DNA from: Clostridia bacterium
GTDB taxonomy: Bacteria > Bacillota > Clostridia > DUPQ01
Direction of reading: 5' to 3'
DNA length: 35,921 nt
NCBI GenBank assembly: GCA_030592355.1
Contig: JAUVJE010000001.1
Coordinates: forward strand, 1 to 35,921
Positions 1 through 10,071 of this stretch are shown here, piece by piece. The position numbers were made by a program, and so were the translations under genes. The notes under the pieces are model-generated. The model saw only the letters and a program-made list of their open reading frames with translations. It had not been told where the DNA came from and ran no database searches. Each line of letters begins with the position of its first letter. Position 1 is the first letter of the stretch.

Positions 1-1
1 T

Positions 2-77
2 TGGTGGGCGCAATAGGGCTCGAACCTATGACCCCCTGCTTGTAAGGCAGGTGCTCTCCCAGCTGAGCTATGCGCCC
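2..77 (-). tRNA. tRNA-Val (anticodon UAC)
   Basis: Reverse complement reads GGGCGCATAGCTCAGCTGGGAGAGCACCTGCCTTACAAGCAGGGGGTCATAGGTTCGAGCCCTATTGCGCCCACCA: 76 nt cloverleaf, TAC anticodon, GTTCGA T-loop, encoded CCA. Confidence 0.97.
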
Positions 78-101
78 CCAATGCCGAAAACGGCAAAAAA
101 A

Positions 102-130
102 AGTATATAAAAATTACATCTAAAAGTCAA
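102..130 (-). promoter_or_regulatory. sigma70/sigmaA promoter of the tRNA-Val gene
   Basis: Minus strand TTGACT (125-130), 17 bp spacer, TATACT (102-107), about 25 nt upstream of the tRNA 5' end. Confidence 0.8.
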
Positions 131-214
131 TACAAAATTGACATTAACGGTAATATGGAGCGTTTTTCCCATATATAAACCGCGTTGCAAGGATATGGAA
201 TATACCTGATGGTA

Positions 215-1084
215 CTAATTTTTTAGGATACCCTTTATTTCACTGCTACTGAATTTATATTTTTTCATACAGAAGTGACATAAGGTTTCGACTTCTTCCT
301 GTTTATTAATAATCCTATTAATTTCCTCCCTGCCCAGACTAAGAACCCCTCTTAGCATTGCATCCCTTGAACAACCGCAGTTATATGATACCTCCTTTTT
401 CTCTGTAATCTTAATATTTTCATTACCAAGCATGAATTTTAGCATTTCCTCCGGCGACCCTGTTTGTTCAATTAATTTAGAAGCAGAGCCGGCTTTCCTC
501 AATTTGCTTTCAATAAAGACAACAGTTTCATCTTTAGCCCCCGGCATAAGCTGTATTATCATTCCTGCCGCGCTTTTTACAGCAACATCCGGCTTAAGCT
601 TAACTCCCAGTGCAACCAACGATGGAATTTGTTCGGAATATGTATAATAAAATGCCAGATCGTCTCCAATTTCCCCACTCTGCAATGGAACTGTTCCGGA
701 GTAAGGCTCTTTAAGCCCCATATCTTTTACAATAGTCATGAATCCCGGCATCAGACACGGACCTACGCCTAGCAATGCATCTTCTCCATATGTAGAATAA
801 TCATTGTTTGATATATATCCTTTAAGCATTCCTTTGCCTGAACTCACAGCGACCAATCCACCCATGGGACCTTCTCCCTTAATTTTTAAGGTTATGATTT
901 CGTCTTCTCCCTTGGTCATTTCCCTCATCATCGCAACAGCTGCAAGAGCGCGTCCCAAAGCCGTAGCAGCCAACGGATTCAAATTATGAAATCCCATGGC
1001 CGTTTGCAGGGTTTCTTTGATGTTTACCGCAAACGCCCTCACTGTATTATTGAATGCCAATGCCCTTACGATACTGTCCCCCAT
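215..1084 (-). CDS. hslO: Hsp33 redox-regulated chaperone
   Basis: D-x-I-V-R-A N-terminus, ALGRAL, GEGPMGG, KDMGLKEPYSG, SEQIPS and the C-terminal zinc motif CGCS...CHFC. Start placed at ATG 1084, which overlaps the upstream TGA (TGATG). Confidence 0.95.
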   Translation of the reverse strand: MGDSIVRALAFNNTVRAFAVNIKETLQTAMGFHNLNPLAATALGRALAAVAMMREMTKGEDEIITLKIKGEGPMGGLVAVSSGKGMLKGYISNNDYSTYGEDALLGVGPCLMPGFMTIVKDMGLKEPYSGTVPLQSGEIGDDLAFYYTYSEQIPSLVALGVKLKPDVAVKSAAGMIIQLMPGAKDETVVFIESKLRKAGSASKLIEQTGSPEEMLKFMLGNENIKITEKKEVSYNCGCSRDAMLRGVLSLGREEINRIINKQEEVETLCHFCMKKYKFSSSEIKGILKN

Positions 1085-1818
1085 CAGCTTTTCCGCCTGC
1101 ATACAAAGAAGATTCTTTCGGTTTTGCCAGATAGTTTTTCAAAAGATCCGTCATCATATATGGCTTCAATGATAAAACCTGATTTTTCCAACAAATCGGA
1201 TAAATATTCAACGCTATACACTTTTTCTCTGTTTACAGTGTCAAATCTCCTATACAATTCCCCTTCTTGCTTAAAGAAAGTCATATCCATCGTACAGATT
1301 CCCGTTGTTGTGTTAAAATCGTTCTGCCAAATATACGAGAAATCACCGTCCACTGAATAGAACACATTGTTCCCATAAATATATCTGAACTTATATTCGC
1401 TGTTTATATCAAAAACAAATAACCCGTCTGCTTCTGTGTAGTTGAATATAAGCCTGAAATACTTTTCGAGCAAAGTCTTGTCAAGAATATGATTTACGCA
1501 ATCAAGCAGGCTGACAGAGGCATCATATGTACCGAATAAATCAAGTTCCGTTACATTCTGGTTTATCCAAAGAATACCCGGTCCCCTTTTTCCAAATGCA
1601 ACAGAAAGCATTTGGGCAGATGCATCAATTCCTGTCATATCATAACCCTTTTCAGCCAGGGCTAATGTCAGTCCTCCGGTACCGCATCCCAGGTCCATCA
1701 CACTATGTGGTTTCTTTTTAGCATGCTTATCAAATATAGCGGTAAAATATTCCGCATACTTATTATAATCAATGTCCGTAGTAAGCCTGTCGTAAAAACC
1801 TGCCGTATTTTTATACAT
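1084..1818 (-). CDS. Class I SAM-dependent methyltransferase (YqeM-like)
   Basis: Motif I VMDLGCGTG, GIDASAQML, GLFVFD; GCGGAGG RBS upstream. Confidence 0.88.
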   Translation of the reverse strand: MYKNTAGFYDRLTTDIDYNKYAEYFTAIFDKHAKKKPHSVMDLGCGTGGLTLALAEKGYDMTGIDASAQMLSVAFGKRGPGILWINQNVTELDLFGTYDASVSLLDCVNHILDKTLLEKYFRLIFNYTEADGLFVFDINSEYKFRYIYGNNVFYSVDGDFSYIWQNDFNTTTGICTMDMTFFKQEGELYRRFDTVNREKVYSVEYLSDLLEKSGFIIEAIYDDGSFEKLSGKTERIFFVCRRKS

Positions 1819-1830
1819 GGAAACCTCCGC

Positions 1831-3054
1831 TTAGTCGTAAGCGCCTAATTCCTCCATGGCTCTTTGCAATTGAATATCCTCTTCAAACGGAATCGCAGAA
1901 ACAGGCATTCTTTTGAATTCGTCCGCCACTTCTATTTCAATGTCAGGAATAATTCCGATGTCTTGTATACACACATCTGAAGGCGTATAATATTTTGCAA
2001 TTGTAATTCGAAGCCCCGAACCATCTTCCAGTTCATATATGCCCTGCACAAGACCTTTTCCATATGTAACAGTACCAATTACCGTTGCAAGGCCATTGTC
2101 TCTGAGGGCCCCTGCAAGCATCTCGCTGGCACTGGCACTGTACTCGTTTACCAATATTGCGATCGGGAGATCGACTCCGCCCCTTGTCGCTTTGTAATTT
2201 TTTCTGTCTTCATTCCTATCTATGGTATATGTTATTATCCCTTTTTCCATAATCATATCCGCAATACTTAGAATTGCACCCAGGCTGCCCCCGGGATTAT
2301 CTCTTAGATCGATTATAACCGAATCCATTCCGGCTATCCCGATTTCATTAAATATCTCCGCAAATTCTGTAGGCGAATCCTGAGAAAATGATCTGATTTT
2401 TATATATCCCGTGTTGCCTTCCAGCATTTCTCCTACAACTTCAATACTATTTACCAATCTGCGGTTTATTCTAAATACCAGATTTTCCACTTCGCCTTCC
2501 CGCATAACCTCAATTTCAACATCAGTCCCCACATCGCCTCTGACAATGCTCGCTACAAAGTTTAGATCGTTGGAATATGAAACATCATATTCATTAACAC
2601 GCACTACCCTGTCTCCGGCAAGTATGCCGATTTCATGAGCAGGTCCAAGTTCATTTACGTCAAGAATTAAAATTCCCAATCCTTCGTTGGGCACGGTTAT
2701 GGTAACGCCGATTCCCGAATACTCGCCTTCTGAGTCAGCGGTCATCAATTTCCAATCCTCTTTATTTACATACCTTGTATACGGGTCGCCGAAGGATGAA
2801 GCCATTCCTGCGATTGCGCCTTCGAGCAATATGTTTTCATCCGTATACTCTAAAAATTTATTCGAGAGCAGATCCCTTACCTCGTTGAATTTATCTATGT
2901 TCTCCGGATTTACCTCAGATGCATCGAAATGTATATAGTATCTATCCTGTCTATTATCAAAAATTGTCACAGCGGCAAGGGTTCCCACTACTGACAGAGC
3001 AGCCGTCATAATGACGGCAACTACTAATATTAATATTACTGATTTGGTTCTCAA
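1831..3054 (-). CDS. ctpA: S41 carboxyl-terminal processing protease (CtpA/CtpB-like) with PDZ domain
   Basis: N-terminal hydrophobic anchor, DPYT, YSGIG (PDZ), IDLRDNPGG, SASASE, TYGKGLVQ, GIIPDI. Confidence 0.92.
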   Translation of the reverse strand: MRTKSVILILVVAVIMTAALSVVGTLAAVTIFDNRQDRYYIHFDASEVNPENIDKFNEVRDLLSNKFLEYTDENILLEGAIAGMASSFGDPYTRYVNKEDWKLMTADSEGEYSGIGVTITVPNEGLGILILDVNELGPAHEIGILAGDRVVRVNEYDVSYSNDLNFVASIVRGDVGTDVEIEVMREGEVENLVFRINRRLVNSIEVVGEMLEGNTGYIKIRSFSQDSPTEFAEIFNEIGIAGMDSVIIDLRDNPGGSLGAILSIADMIMEKGIITYTIDRNEDRKNYKATRGGVDLPIAILVNEYSASASEMLAGALRDNGLATVIGTVTYGKGLVQGIYELEDGSGLRITIAKYYTPSDVCIQDIGIIPDIEIEVADEFKRMPVSAIPFEEDIQLQRAMEELGAYD

Positions 3055-3167
3055 ATTAAATCTCCTATCTTTCTAATCCACATATACTGTATACCCATAG
3101 CCAAATTGTTGCAAAAAAACGACCGGGCAGATATTCACATATTACCCAGCGGAATTTTTACCAAACA

Positions 3168-4307
3168 TCAGGTGCCGCTCTTTTGATTCACATATTCAAG
3201 CGGATCTATCTTCACGCCATCAACAACGACTTCAAAGTGAAGATGAGGACCCGTTGACCATCCTGTACTCCCTATAAGAGCAATAACTTCCCCTTTATCA
3301 ACATGCTGACCTTTTTTCACCAGTATTTTAGATGCATGGGCATAAAGCGTGGCAATGCCCCCTCCATGGTCTATTACAACTCTATTGCCATATCCTGTGG
3401 AATAACCTGTAATTATCACCGTGCCTGAATTGGCAGCGATAATATTTGCTCCTGTACGGGCGCCTATATCAATGCCATTGTGCATACGCCATTCATAGAA
3501 TATCGGATGGAACCTCATGCCGAAGAAATCCCCGGGATCCAAAGCCCCTCTGTTTGCAGGCACCGGCCATATCATATCTCCGCCCGAATATTCCATTTCC
3601 TGCTGCATTTGACGTATTGCATCAAGCATATCCTTTGACTCTCTCTCCAGGTCATCTTCTCTTTTTTGCAGGAATGCTATTTGTTCCGCACTCATTTTAG
3701 CGGTTTTATCTGCTTTATCCTGAATGATATTCAGGTTTCCGATTGCTATTTGTGTGAAATTCAACGCAACTTCATAATCAATCTTCAACGCTTCGGCCCT
3801 GGCTTTTTTTTCAGCCAGGTCTATCTGCAACATGCCTATTTCTTCAACCAGCTCTTCATCATGCCTGGCGATATATTTTCTTATTTCCAATTTTTCATAA
3901 AAATCCGCTATGCTTTTTGACTCAGAAAGTATTGTAAGGAGATTGACCTTAGAATCTATATATCCGTCCAGAATCCTTTTCTTAAGAAGATTAAGCTTTT
4001 CATAATACTGAAACTCAGTTTCTGAAATATCTTCTATAAAACCATTAATCTCTTCTTCAAGTGCTTTAATTACTCCTTCTTTTTCAAGAAGACCCTTGTT
4101 TTGTTCAATCAGACTTTCATCAATCTGACTCGAAATACCCTCATAATATGATTTACTGTCCTGATATTCTTCCTTTTGATTTATGGTTTCTTCCAATTCC
4201 CGGTCTACCCAGTCTTTGCTCTGCTGCATGTCATAAATATTGTTTGCAAAAACAGACGATGAAAAGATAAGCGACACAATCAATAAAATTAATAAAACTT
4301 TTTTCAT
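3168..4307 (-). CDS. Coiled-coil + M23 peptidase (EnvC-like murein hydrolase/activator)
   Basis: Signal peptide, long coiled-coil-like region, HNGID, TLYAH and STGPHLHFEV M23 zinc motifs; directly downstream of ftsX. Confidence 0.92.
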   Translation of the reverse strand: MKKVLLILLIVSLIFSSSVFANNIYDMQQSKDWVDRELEETINQKEEYQDSKSYYEGISSQIDESLIEQNKGLLEKEGVIKALEEEINGFIEDISETEFQYYEKLNLLKKRILDGYIDSKVNLLTILSESKSIADFYEKLEIRKYIARHDEELVEEIGMLQIDLAEKKARAEALKIDYEVALNFTQIAIGNLNIIQDKADKTAKMSAEQIAFLQKREDDLERESKDMLDAIRQMQQEMEYSGGDMIWPVPANRGALDPGDFFGMRFHPIFYEWRMHNGIDIGARTGANIIAANSGTVIITGYSTGYGNRVVIDHGGGIATLYAHASKILVKKGQHVDKGEVIALIGSTGWSTGPHLHFEVVVDGVKIDPLEYVNQKSGT

Positions 4308-4318
4308 TTGTATTCCTC

Positions 4319-5209
4319 CTAAACCCTGAGATTTTTACGTATGGCTATGAAACTCCCAAAAGTCCCCAGCATTATTCCAAGTGTAAAAAATGAAAATAAC
4401 ACTACAAGAACGGTTTCTTTAACTCCAATAAGACGAAGTCCCGAGATGAAAACTTCTTCAGTTCCTTTTGTAATGAACCAATTAAAGATTTGATTGTATA
4501 TATAACTGACAAGCAACACTGCCAATATTGCTCCCGTAAAACCTATTGTAACGCCTTCAAGCATAAACGGCAGCCTTATCCTGCTTTCAGTGGCACCTAT
4601 ATATTTCATTATAATGACCTCGTCTACCCTGCTTGCCATTGCAAGGCGAACAGTATTGGATATTAAGAATAGAGACAATGTTCCCAGCAGAATCGCAAGT
4701 CCGCCTGAAACAATATTTACCCATCTTGAAAGCGATAACGCAAATTCAAACGATTCTGTGTGATAATCCACCGTGTAAACGTCCGGCAATCCTTCTGCGA
4801 ATAAAACAAAATCCTTAAGGACGGCATCATCTTTCAAACGCACGGTATATGACGCCGGCAGTATTTCAGGCCCCAGGGATGCAAGCATTTCTTCGTCATA
4901 AATTTCTTTCGCTTTTTCAAAAGCCTGCTCATTGGACTCGAATTCCAGATGTCTTATCCTATCGTCTTCCACAAGGGCTTCCCAGATTCTTTCTTCTCTG
5001 TATTCATCAGCGCCCGGCACAATAAAAATCTTGATTTCCAGCATATCATTCATATATTCGGAATTATATGATATGTTCATCAGGAATATCCCAAAAACAC
5101 CCACAAGAAGCAACATAAGAAATATTGTGAATATGCTTGTTATAGTAAGAACACGGTTTTTGTTAAGGTTTGTGATAACTTCTCCTAAAATATACATCCT
5201 ATACCACAT
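4319..5209 (-). CDS. ftsX: Cell division ABC permease FtsX
   Basis: Four hydrophobic segments, ISNTVRL...EVIIMKYIGATESRIRLPFMLEG signature; follows ftsE. Start uncertain (ATG 5209 or 5197). Confidence 0.92.
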   Translation of the reverse strand: MWYRMYILGEVITNLNKNRVLTITSIFTIFLMLLLVGVFGIFLMNISYNSEYMNDMLEIKIFIVPGADEYREERIWEALVEDDRIRHLEFESNEQAFEKAKEIYDEEMLASLGPEILPASYTVRLKDDAVLKDFVLFAEGLPDVYTVDYHTESFEFALSLSRWVNIVSGGLAILLGTLSLFLISNTVRLAMASRVDEVIIMKYIGATESRIRLPFMLEGVTIGFTGAILAVLLVSYIYNQIFNWFITKGTEEVFISGLRLIGVKETVLVVLFSFFTLGIMLGTFGSFIAIRKNLRV

Positions 5210-5879
5210 ACCTTCCTTCGGGAATATCCCTTGTAACTCTACCTTCATCCAGTACGATGACCCTCTGCTTAAATGTGTCAACAATGCTCTTATCGTGGGT
5301 TGCGACCAATACTGTAGTGCCCATCTGGTTGATTTTATACATTAGATTCATGATTTCAAGACTGGTTCTGGGATCTAGGTTGCCTGTGGGTTCATCGGCT
5401 ATAAGCAAGTCCGGATTGTTGGCTATGGCCCTTGCGATTACTACCCTTTGCTGTTCTCCTCCGGACAATTCGCCGGGCCAGTCATTCGCCTTGTCCAGCA
5501 GACCGACCACAGCAAGCAGTTGTGGAACCATTTTTCTTATCTGACGTCCGTGGGTGTTGGTTACCCGAAGTGCGAAGGCTACATTTTGATATGCCGTTTT
5601 ATTCGGAAGCAGTTTGAAATCCTGAAACACCACTCCGATTTTTTTCCTGTAGGTTGGAATTTCATACCTGTCAACATCTCTCGTATCAAGTCCATTGACA
5701 TAAAGTTCTCCGCCGGTTGGTTCTTCTTCTTTCATGATAAGTTTTATCATGGTAGACTTGCCCGAACCACTCGGACCAATTACAAACGCAAATTCTCCTT
5801 TTTTTATGGCTAAATTGACATTCTTAAGAGCTTCAGTTCCACTTTTGTACACTTTTGTAACATTATTGAAATTTATCAT
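5199..5879 (-). CDS. ftsE: Cell division ATP-binding protein FtsE
   Basis: Walker A GPSGSGKST, IGVVFQDFKLL, LSGGEQQRV, ADEPTGNLDP, ATHD. Confidence 0.95.
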   Translation of the reverse strand: MINFNNVTKVYKSGTEALKNVNLAIKKGEFAFVIGPSGSGKSTMIKLIMKEEEPTGGELYVNGLDTRDVDRYEIPTYRKKIGVVFQDFKLLPNKTAYQNVAFALRVTNTHGRQIRKMVPQLLAVVGLLDKANDWPGELSGGEQQRVVIARAIANNPDLLIADEPTGNLDPRTSLEIMNLMYKINQMGTTVLVATHDKSIVDTFKQRVIVLDEGRVTRDIPEGRYVV

Positions 5880-5890
5880 TTGTTCTCCGG

Positions 5891-6961
5891 TTAATCATCT
5901 TGATTTAGTTTATCTATATAGCATTTTACCATATATGCTGCTTTAAAAGAAACAGCATCATCAAAATTCCTGAGATCGAGCCCTGTGAGTTTGAGCACTT
6001 TCTCAATCCTGTAAACCAAAGTATTCCTGTGCAGATACATTTGTCTGGCTGTCTCACTGATATTGAGATTATTAGTAAAGAAACACCGTACAGTCTTTAT
6101 CATTTCGTCATCGAGCAGCTCAAAAGTTTTTTTACTGACCGTCTCTCTTAAAAAATCCTCAAGTATCCTTTTCTCGGAATTATAAATCATTTTTCCTATT
6201 CCAAGGGTGTTGAAATCAAAATTCTTGTTTTCAAATTCAAATATTGATCCAACAGATACGGCAGTAGCCGCATTCTGATATGATAAAGCCATCTGTCCAA
6301 GGTTTGACGCTATGCTTCCTATCCCGGTTTTAACCGTCACCATAAGCTCTTCTTCTATAGTATCGGCTATCTGCTTTGAATACTCCATAAAAATCTGCGA
6401 ATTTTCATCCTCGTTTAATTCCACCAGATAAGCAACCGTGTTGTTATCCATCTCCACTATAATATTACGCTCCCGGTCTGGAAATATATTGGATATCATG
6501 TCTGATACAGGATAATCGGATTCTCCGTGCTTTACGATGATAACAGCCCTGTCCGCTTCATTACGGATTTTATAAGACGATGCGTTTTCATATATTTCAT
6601 TTTCGTTTAGTTCATCATTCAGGAGCTTTTTACAGAAGAAAAATTTATTGTGTTTTTCCATCTGCTGACGTATAAAATTCTCAGTATACATTACAAGAAG
6701 TCCGAGTATTTTTTTAGACTCATCAGACGATTTCTTAATAAACAAATAATACTTATTGTGAAAATTCGGATTTATAATTGTAAAAATAAGTTCTCCTAAG
6801 TCAATTGTAGTTTTTGTCTTAAAATTTAAGTTTCCAAAACCGGGAATAGTTTTCCCTTCCATTCCTGAATCCGAACAAATAATTACTTTACCTTTTCCAT
6901 CAACCAAACCGCAATAATCATCAACTGCAGCAAGCAACTTTTTCTTTAATGTGCCAAACAA
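5891..6961 (-). CDS. CdaR/PucR-family transcriptional regulator
   Basis: C-terminal HTH NLNISETARQMYLHRNTLVYRIEK...TGLDLR; GGAGGT RBS before a TTG start. Confidence 0.88.
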   Translation of the reverse strand: MFGTLKKKLLAAVDDYCGLVDGKGKVIICSDSGMEGKTIPGFGNLNFKTKTTIDLGELIFTIINPNFHNKYYLFIKKSSDESKKILGLLVMYTENFIRQQMEKHNKFFFCKKLLNDELNENEIYENASSYKIRNEADRAVIIVKHGESDYPVSDMISNIFPDRERNIIVEMDNNTVAYLVELNEDENSQIFMEYSKQIADTIEEELMVTVKTGIGSIASNLGQMALSYQNAATAVSVGSIFEFENKNFDFNTLGIGKMIYNSEKRILEDFLRETVSKKTFELLDDEMIKTVRCFFTNNLNISETARQMYLHRNTLVYRIEKVLKLTGLDLRNFDDAVSFKAAYMVKCYIDKLNQDD

Positions 6962-6989
6962 AGCACACCTCCATATAAATATCAGATAT

Positions 6990-7018
6990 ATGATACCATA
7001 AGCCCAATTTTTTCACAA
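6990..7018 (-). promoter_or_regulatory. Candidate sigmaA promoter for the cdaR-ftsEX unit
   Basis: Minus strand TTGTGA (7013-7018), 17 bp spacer, extended -10 TGG-TATCAT (6990-6998). Confidence 0.5.
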
Positions 7019-7070
7019 AATCACCGGGATACCCGCAGAACCAAGTGACAGGCACTCTGAATGTTATAGC

Positions 7071-7101
7071 AAGAAAAAGGCGCCCGCTAAGCAGTACGCC
7101 T
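7071..7101 (-). terminator. Probable intrinsic terminator after prs
   Basis: Minus strand AGGCGT-A-CTGC-TTA-GCGG-GCGCCT stem-loop followed by TTTTCTT. Confidence 0.55.
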
Positions 7102-7198
7102 GTTGCTTTAATTCCTGTAATTTTTGAATGTTGATGAACATCCTTCGGATAATTGTAAAAATCCCGAGTAGTCCGGAAAGCATCATCCTTAGGTCATG

Positions 7199-8326
7199 CT
7201 ATTCCTCATTGGTCATGCGGATGAAATTTTTCAACTCTTTTAACCTATTCTTTACATTAAACATTTCTGTCAGGGATATATCATAATTAAGGCGGTCAAT
7301 AACCTCGGAAATCATATCCGACATATCTACTTCGACAAACCATCGTTTTTTCCTTATTTCATCCGGTATATATGAAAGGTTTGATGAATATATCCTCCTG
7401 ATAAGCCCGTCTTCATATGCTTTGTCAAACTTTTCAACACCTTCTGTAAAGAAAGCAAAAGTGACCGCAACATAAACATCCCCGGCCTTTCTTTCTTTCG
7501 CCTGTTTTGCTATATCAAGGATGGAATCACCGGAAGACAGCATGTCGTCCACAATCAACAGGTTGCAGGCCTCGAGACTCCCCCCCATATATGAATGCTC
7601 CACAATAGGGTTTTTCCCATTGATAATTGTAGAATAATCACGCCTTTTATAAAAAATACCGACGTCAACACCAATTGCTTCTGCATAATACAGCGCTCTG
7701 CCCATTGCCCCGGCATCGGGACTGATTACCTTCAGATCCGTCGCATCGCCTTTGATTTTGGTTTTTTTGTTCATTATTATTGACGAAAGCATATCAAAGG
7801 TTGGATAGAGATTTTCAAATCCTATCAGGGGAATAGCGTTTTCGACCCTTGGTTCGTGGGCATCTACGGTGATTATATTATCTACGCCAAGAGCTCTTAG
7901 TTCCTGAAGCGCTACCGCACAGTCAAGGGACTCTCTTCCCTTTCTCTTATCCTGTCGGCCGGCATATAGCAAAGGCATGATTACATTAACCCTGCGGGCA
8001 TTTCCGCCTATGGCTGAAATTGTTCTCTTTATGCTCTGAAAATGTTCATCCGGACCCATGCGGTTTTCTGATCCGAACATATTATAGGTGCAACTGTAAT
8101 TACCGACATCGGCAAGAATAAAGATGTCCTTGCCTCTTACAGTTTCCTGCAGAACGACTTTACCTTCACCGTTTGAAAACCGGACATCATCAATTTTAAT
8201 TACAAATGTCTTTTTCTCTCCCCTGCGCTTAAAGACAAGGTCCTCGTCGACTAATTTTCCGAAGCCGTTGCTCCCTCGCAACAAAATAAGACCCAAATCG
8301 CCTTCACTTGAACTGTTCACTCTCAT
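7199..8326 (-). CDS. prs: Ribose-phosphate pyrophosphokinase (long clostridial form)
   Basis: RFSNGEGK, ETVRGKD, MPLLYAGRQD, ISPDAGA, YKRRDY, IVDDMLSSGDS PRPP-binding loop; follows glmU as in the Bacillota spoVG-glmU-prs order. Confidence 0.93.
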   Translation of the reverse strand: MRVNSSSEGDLGLILLRGSNGFGKLVDEDLVFKRRGEKKTFVIKIDDVRFSNGEGKVVLQETVRGKDIFILADVGNYSCTYNMFGSENRMGPDEHFQSIKRTISAIGGNARRVNVIMPLLYAGRQDKRKGRESLDCAVALQELRALGVDNIITVDAHEPRVENAIPLIGFENLYPTFDMLSSIIMNKKTKIKGDATDLKVISPDAGAMGRALYYAEAIGVDVGIFYKRRDYSTIINGKNPIVEHSYMGGSLEACNLLIVDDMLSSGDSILDIAKQAKERKAGDVYVAVTFAFFTEGVEKFDKAYEDGLIRRIYSSNLSYIPDEIRKKRWFVEVDMSDMISEVIDRLNYDISLTEMFNVKNRLKELKNFIRMTNEE

Positions 8327-8394
8327 TATGTGCTCCCCCTGTGAAACAATTATACCAAAGAATAGTTGGCCCGTGTATTAAATCAAACAATTTT

Positions 8395-9318
8395 TTAAGG
8401 TTTTTCAGTTCTTTTTCTATTTGTTTTTTCTATCCAGCCGTCTTTGTTCGTCTGCCGGCTCCTGGCTATGGCAAGAGACCCTTCCACCACATTGTCTGTG
8501 ATAGTCGAACCTGCTGCAATATACGTGTTTTTCTCTACCTCAACGGGTGCTATCAGCGTCGTATTACAACCGATAAACGCATTGTCACCAATAATCGTTT
8601 TGCTTTTGACTTTACCGTCATAGTTAGCGGTTATAACCCCGCATGATATATTGCAGTTTTTCCCCACATGCGAATCGCCGACATATGCCAGGTGCGGGAT
8701 GACGGTTTTGTCTTTTATCGTGGATTTTTTAACTTCTGCAAAAGCTCCTACTTTTACCCTGTTTCCCAGGATATTGTCCGGGCGGATATGTGCAAATGGT
8801 CCGATTTTGCATTCATCTCCCAATTCACTTCCCCTTACCACCGATTTAACAACTTCGCAATTATCGCCTATTACGCTGTCTTCAATTATCGAATCAGGCC
8901 CCAGAACACAGTTGCTGCCGATTTCACAAACGCCTGAAATATATGTGTTTGGATAAATTATAGTTCCCCTGCCTATCCTGATGTTCACATCAATATATGA
9001 GTCTTCAATACTTAGAAGCCTGACGCCTTCATTCACAAGAGCACTATTTACCTCAAGCCTTACAGCATTAATCGCATCGTGGAATTGAAGCCCTGTGTGA
9101 ATTTCTTCCATCATCTCCGATGCAGAACCCGGCCCCTTTTCAAGAATATATGAATCCAGATAAAACATATCATTGTAAAAAACATTATCAGCCTCACGTG
9201 AATACTCATGCCCCGCTGCTGCCAGTTTTCTATTTAGATGTTCCTTGGGTGTCATTCCCATGATTTTCTCGTCTGCAAATTTCTCGAAATATTTTCTTGT
9301 CTCAACCCTGTACTTCAT
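8395..9318 (-). CDS. glmU: GlmU-like protein retaining only the C-terminal left-handed beta-helix acetyltransferase domain
   Basis: Hexapeptide repeats with IGPFAHIRP, EVKKS, PHLAYVGD, ITANYDG, LIAPVEV, AAGSTIT, AIARSRQ. Only 307 aa, with no LAAGxGxRM nucleotidyltransferase motif. Confidence 0.85.
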   Translation of the reverse strand: MKYRVETRKYFEKFADEKIMGMTPKEHLNRKLAAAGHEYSREADNVFYNDMFYLDSYILEKGPGSASEMMEEIHTGLQFHDAINAVRLEVNSALVNEGVRLLSIEDSYIDVNIRIGRGTIIYPNTYISGVCEIGSNCVLGPDSIIEDSVIGDNCEVVKSVVRGSELGDECKIGPFAHIRPDNILGNRVKVGAFAEVKKSTIKDKTVIPHLAYVGDSHVGKNCNISCGVITANYDGKVKSKTIIGDNAFIGCNTTLIAPVEVEKNTYIAAGSTITDNVVEGSLAIARSRQTNKDGWIEKTNRKRTEKP

Positions 9319-9327
9319 TCATATACC

Positions 9328-10071
9328 TCAATCACATATTTTTCTGTTTAGGATAGTGTTTTTTAATGTATTATCAACACCATTAAAATGTATAAACGCC
9401 GCGAGGAAATCAAACATGGGATAAAATGAACCGAATACCGTTTTCTTTATCAGTCCCATTTTCGTTAAGTCCTCAACAACAAACATACTGTGCCTGATTT
9501 CCGACATATCAATAAAAATATTTTCTTCATTACTAAGCGTATCCACCATGCCCTCAAGCTCGCTCAATTTCATATTGCAAAGCAGCACCGGTGTTTTCAA
9601 TTCTCTTTTTAAAAATGAATCTAAGGATGCCATCTCAAAAGATTTCTGTTTAAAAAGATAATCCAATCTGTAATCCCCGAAGGAGCAGTGCACGATTATC
9701 GGTTTACCCCTCTCAGAAGCCATCTGGTAAAATTCCCGGAATTCCGGTGTGTCAAAATCATAACCGTGAACGGTTGGATATATTCGAAAAGCATCATATT
9801 CAAATGACTCGTCAGCCCTTTTGATATCATACATGGTATTTGGAAGCATGGGATTTATTGACGCTGCCAACCTATATCCGCTGCTTTTAATAATAACCGA
9901 CAATTCAAGATCGCCCTCAAAAGGGTCATTATAGAAAACCGCTCCAAGGCTGCTGACCAAACCTGTTTCAATACCATGTTTTTGGTGCATGCTTCTCAAT
10001 CCATCGAAATCAATTTGTTTTCTTTTGGCAAAAGGCCAGGTCCCCACAAAACAATTATAATCTGTTTTCAT
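9328..10071 (-). CDS. Amidohydrolase-superfamily TIM-barrel protein, degenerate metal site
   Basis: D-x-N-x-F-x-G-x-W-P-F start, RIYPTVHGY, PIIVH, VFGSFYP resemble the Amidohydro_2 layout; the HxH motif and terminal Asp are missing. Confidence 0.6.
   Translation of the reverse strand: MKTDYNCFVGTWPFAKRKQIDFDGLRSMHQKHGIETGLVSSLGAVFYNDPFEGDLELSVIIKSSGYRLAASINPMLPNTMYDIKRADESFEYDAFRIYPTVHGYDFDTPEFREFYQMASERGKPIIVHCSFGDYRLDYLFKQKSFEMASLDSFLKRELKTPVLLCNMKLSELEGMVDTLSNEENIFIDMSEIRHSMFVVEDLTKMGLIKKTVFGSFYPMFDFLAAFIHFNGVDNTLKNTILNRKICD

Noticed and set aside
82..102. TGCCG-AAAA-CGGCA hairpin with A-run as a terminator
   Set aside because: On the transcribed minus strand the U-run precedes the hairpin, and it lies in the tRNA leader.
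1831..6961. cdaR-ftsE-ftsX-M23-S41 cluster as a novel system
   Set aside because: A familiar clostridial cell-division and cell-wall gene arrangement.
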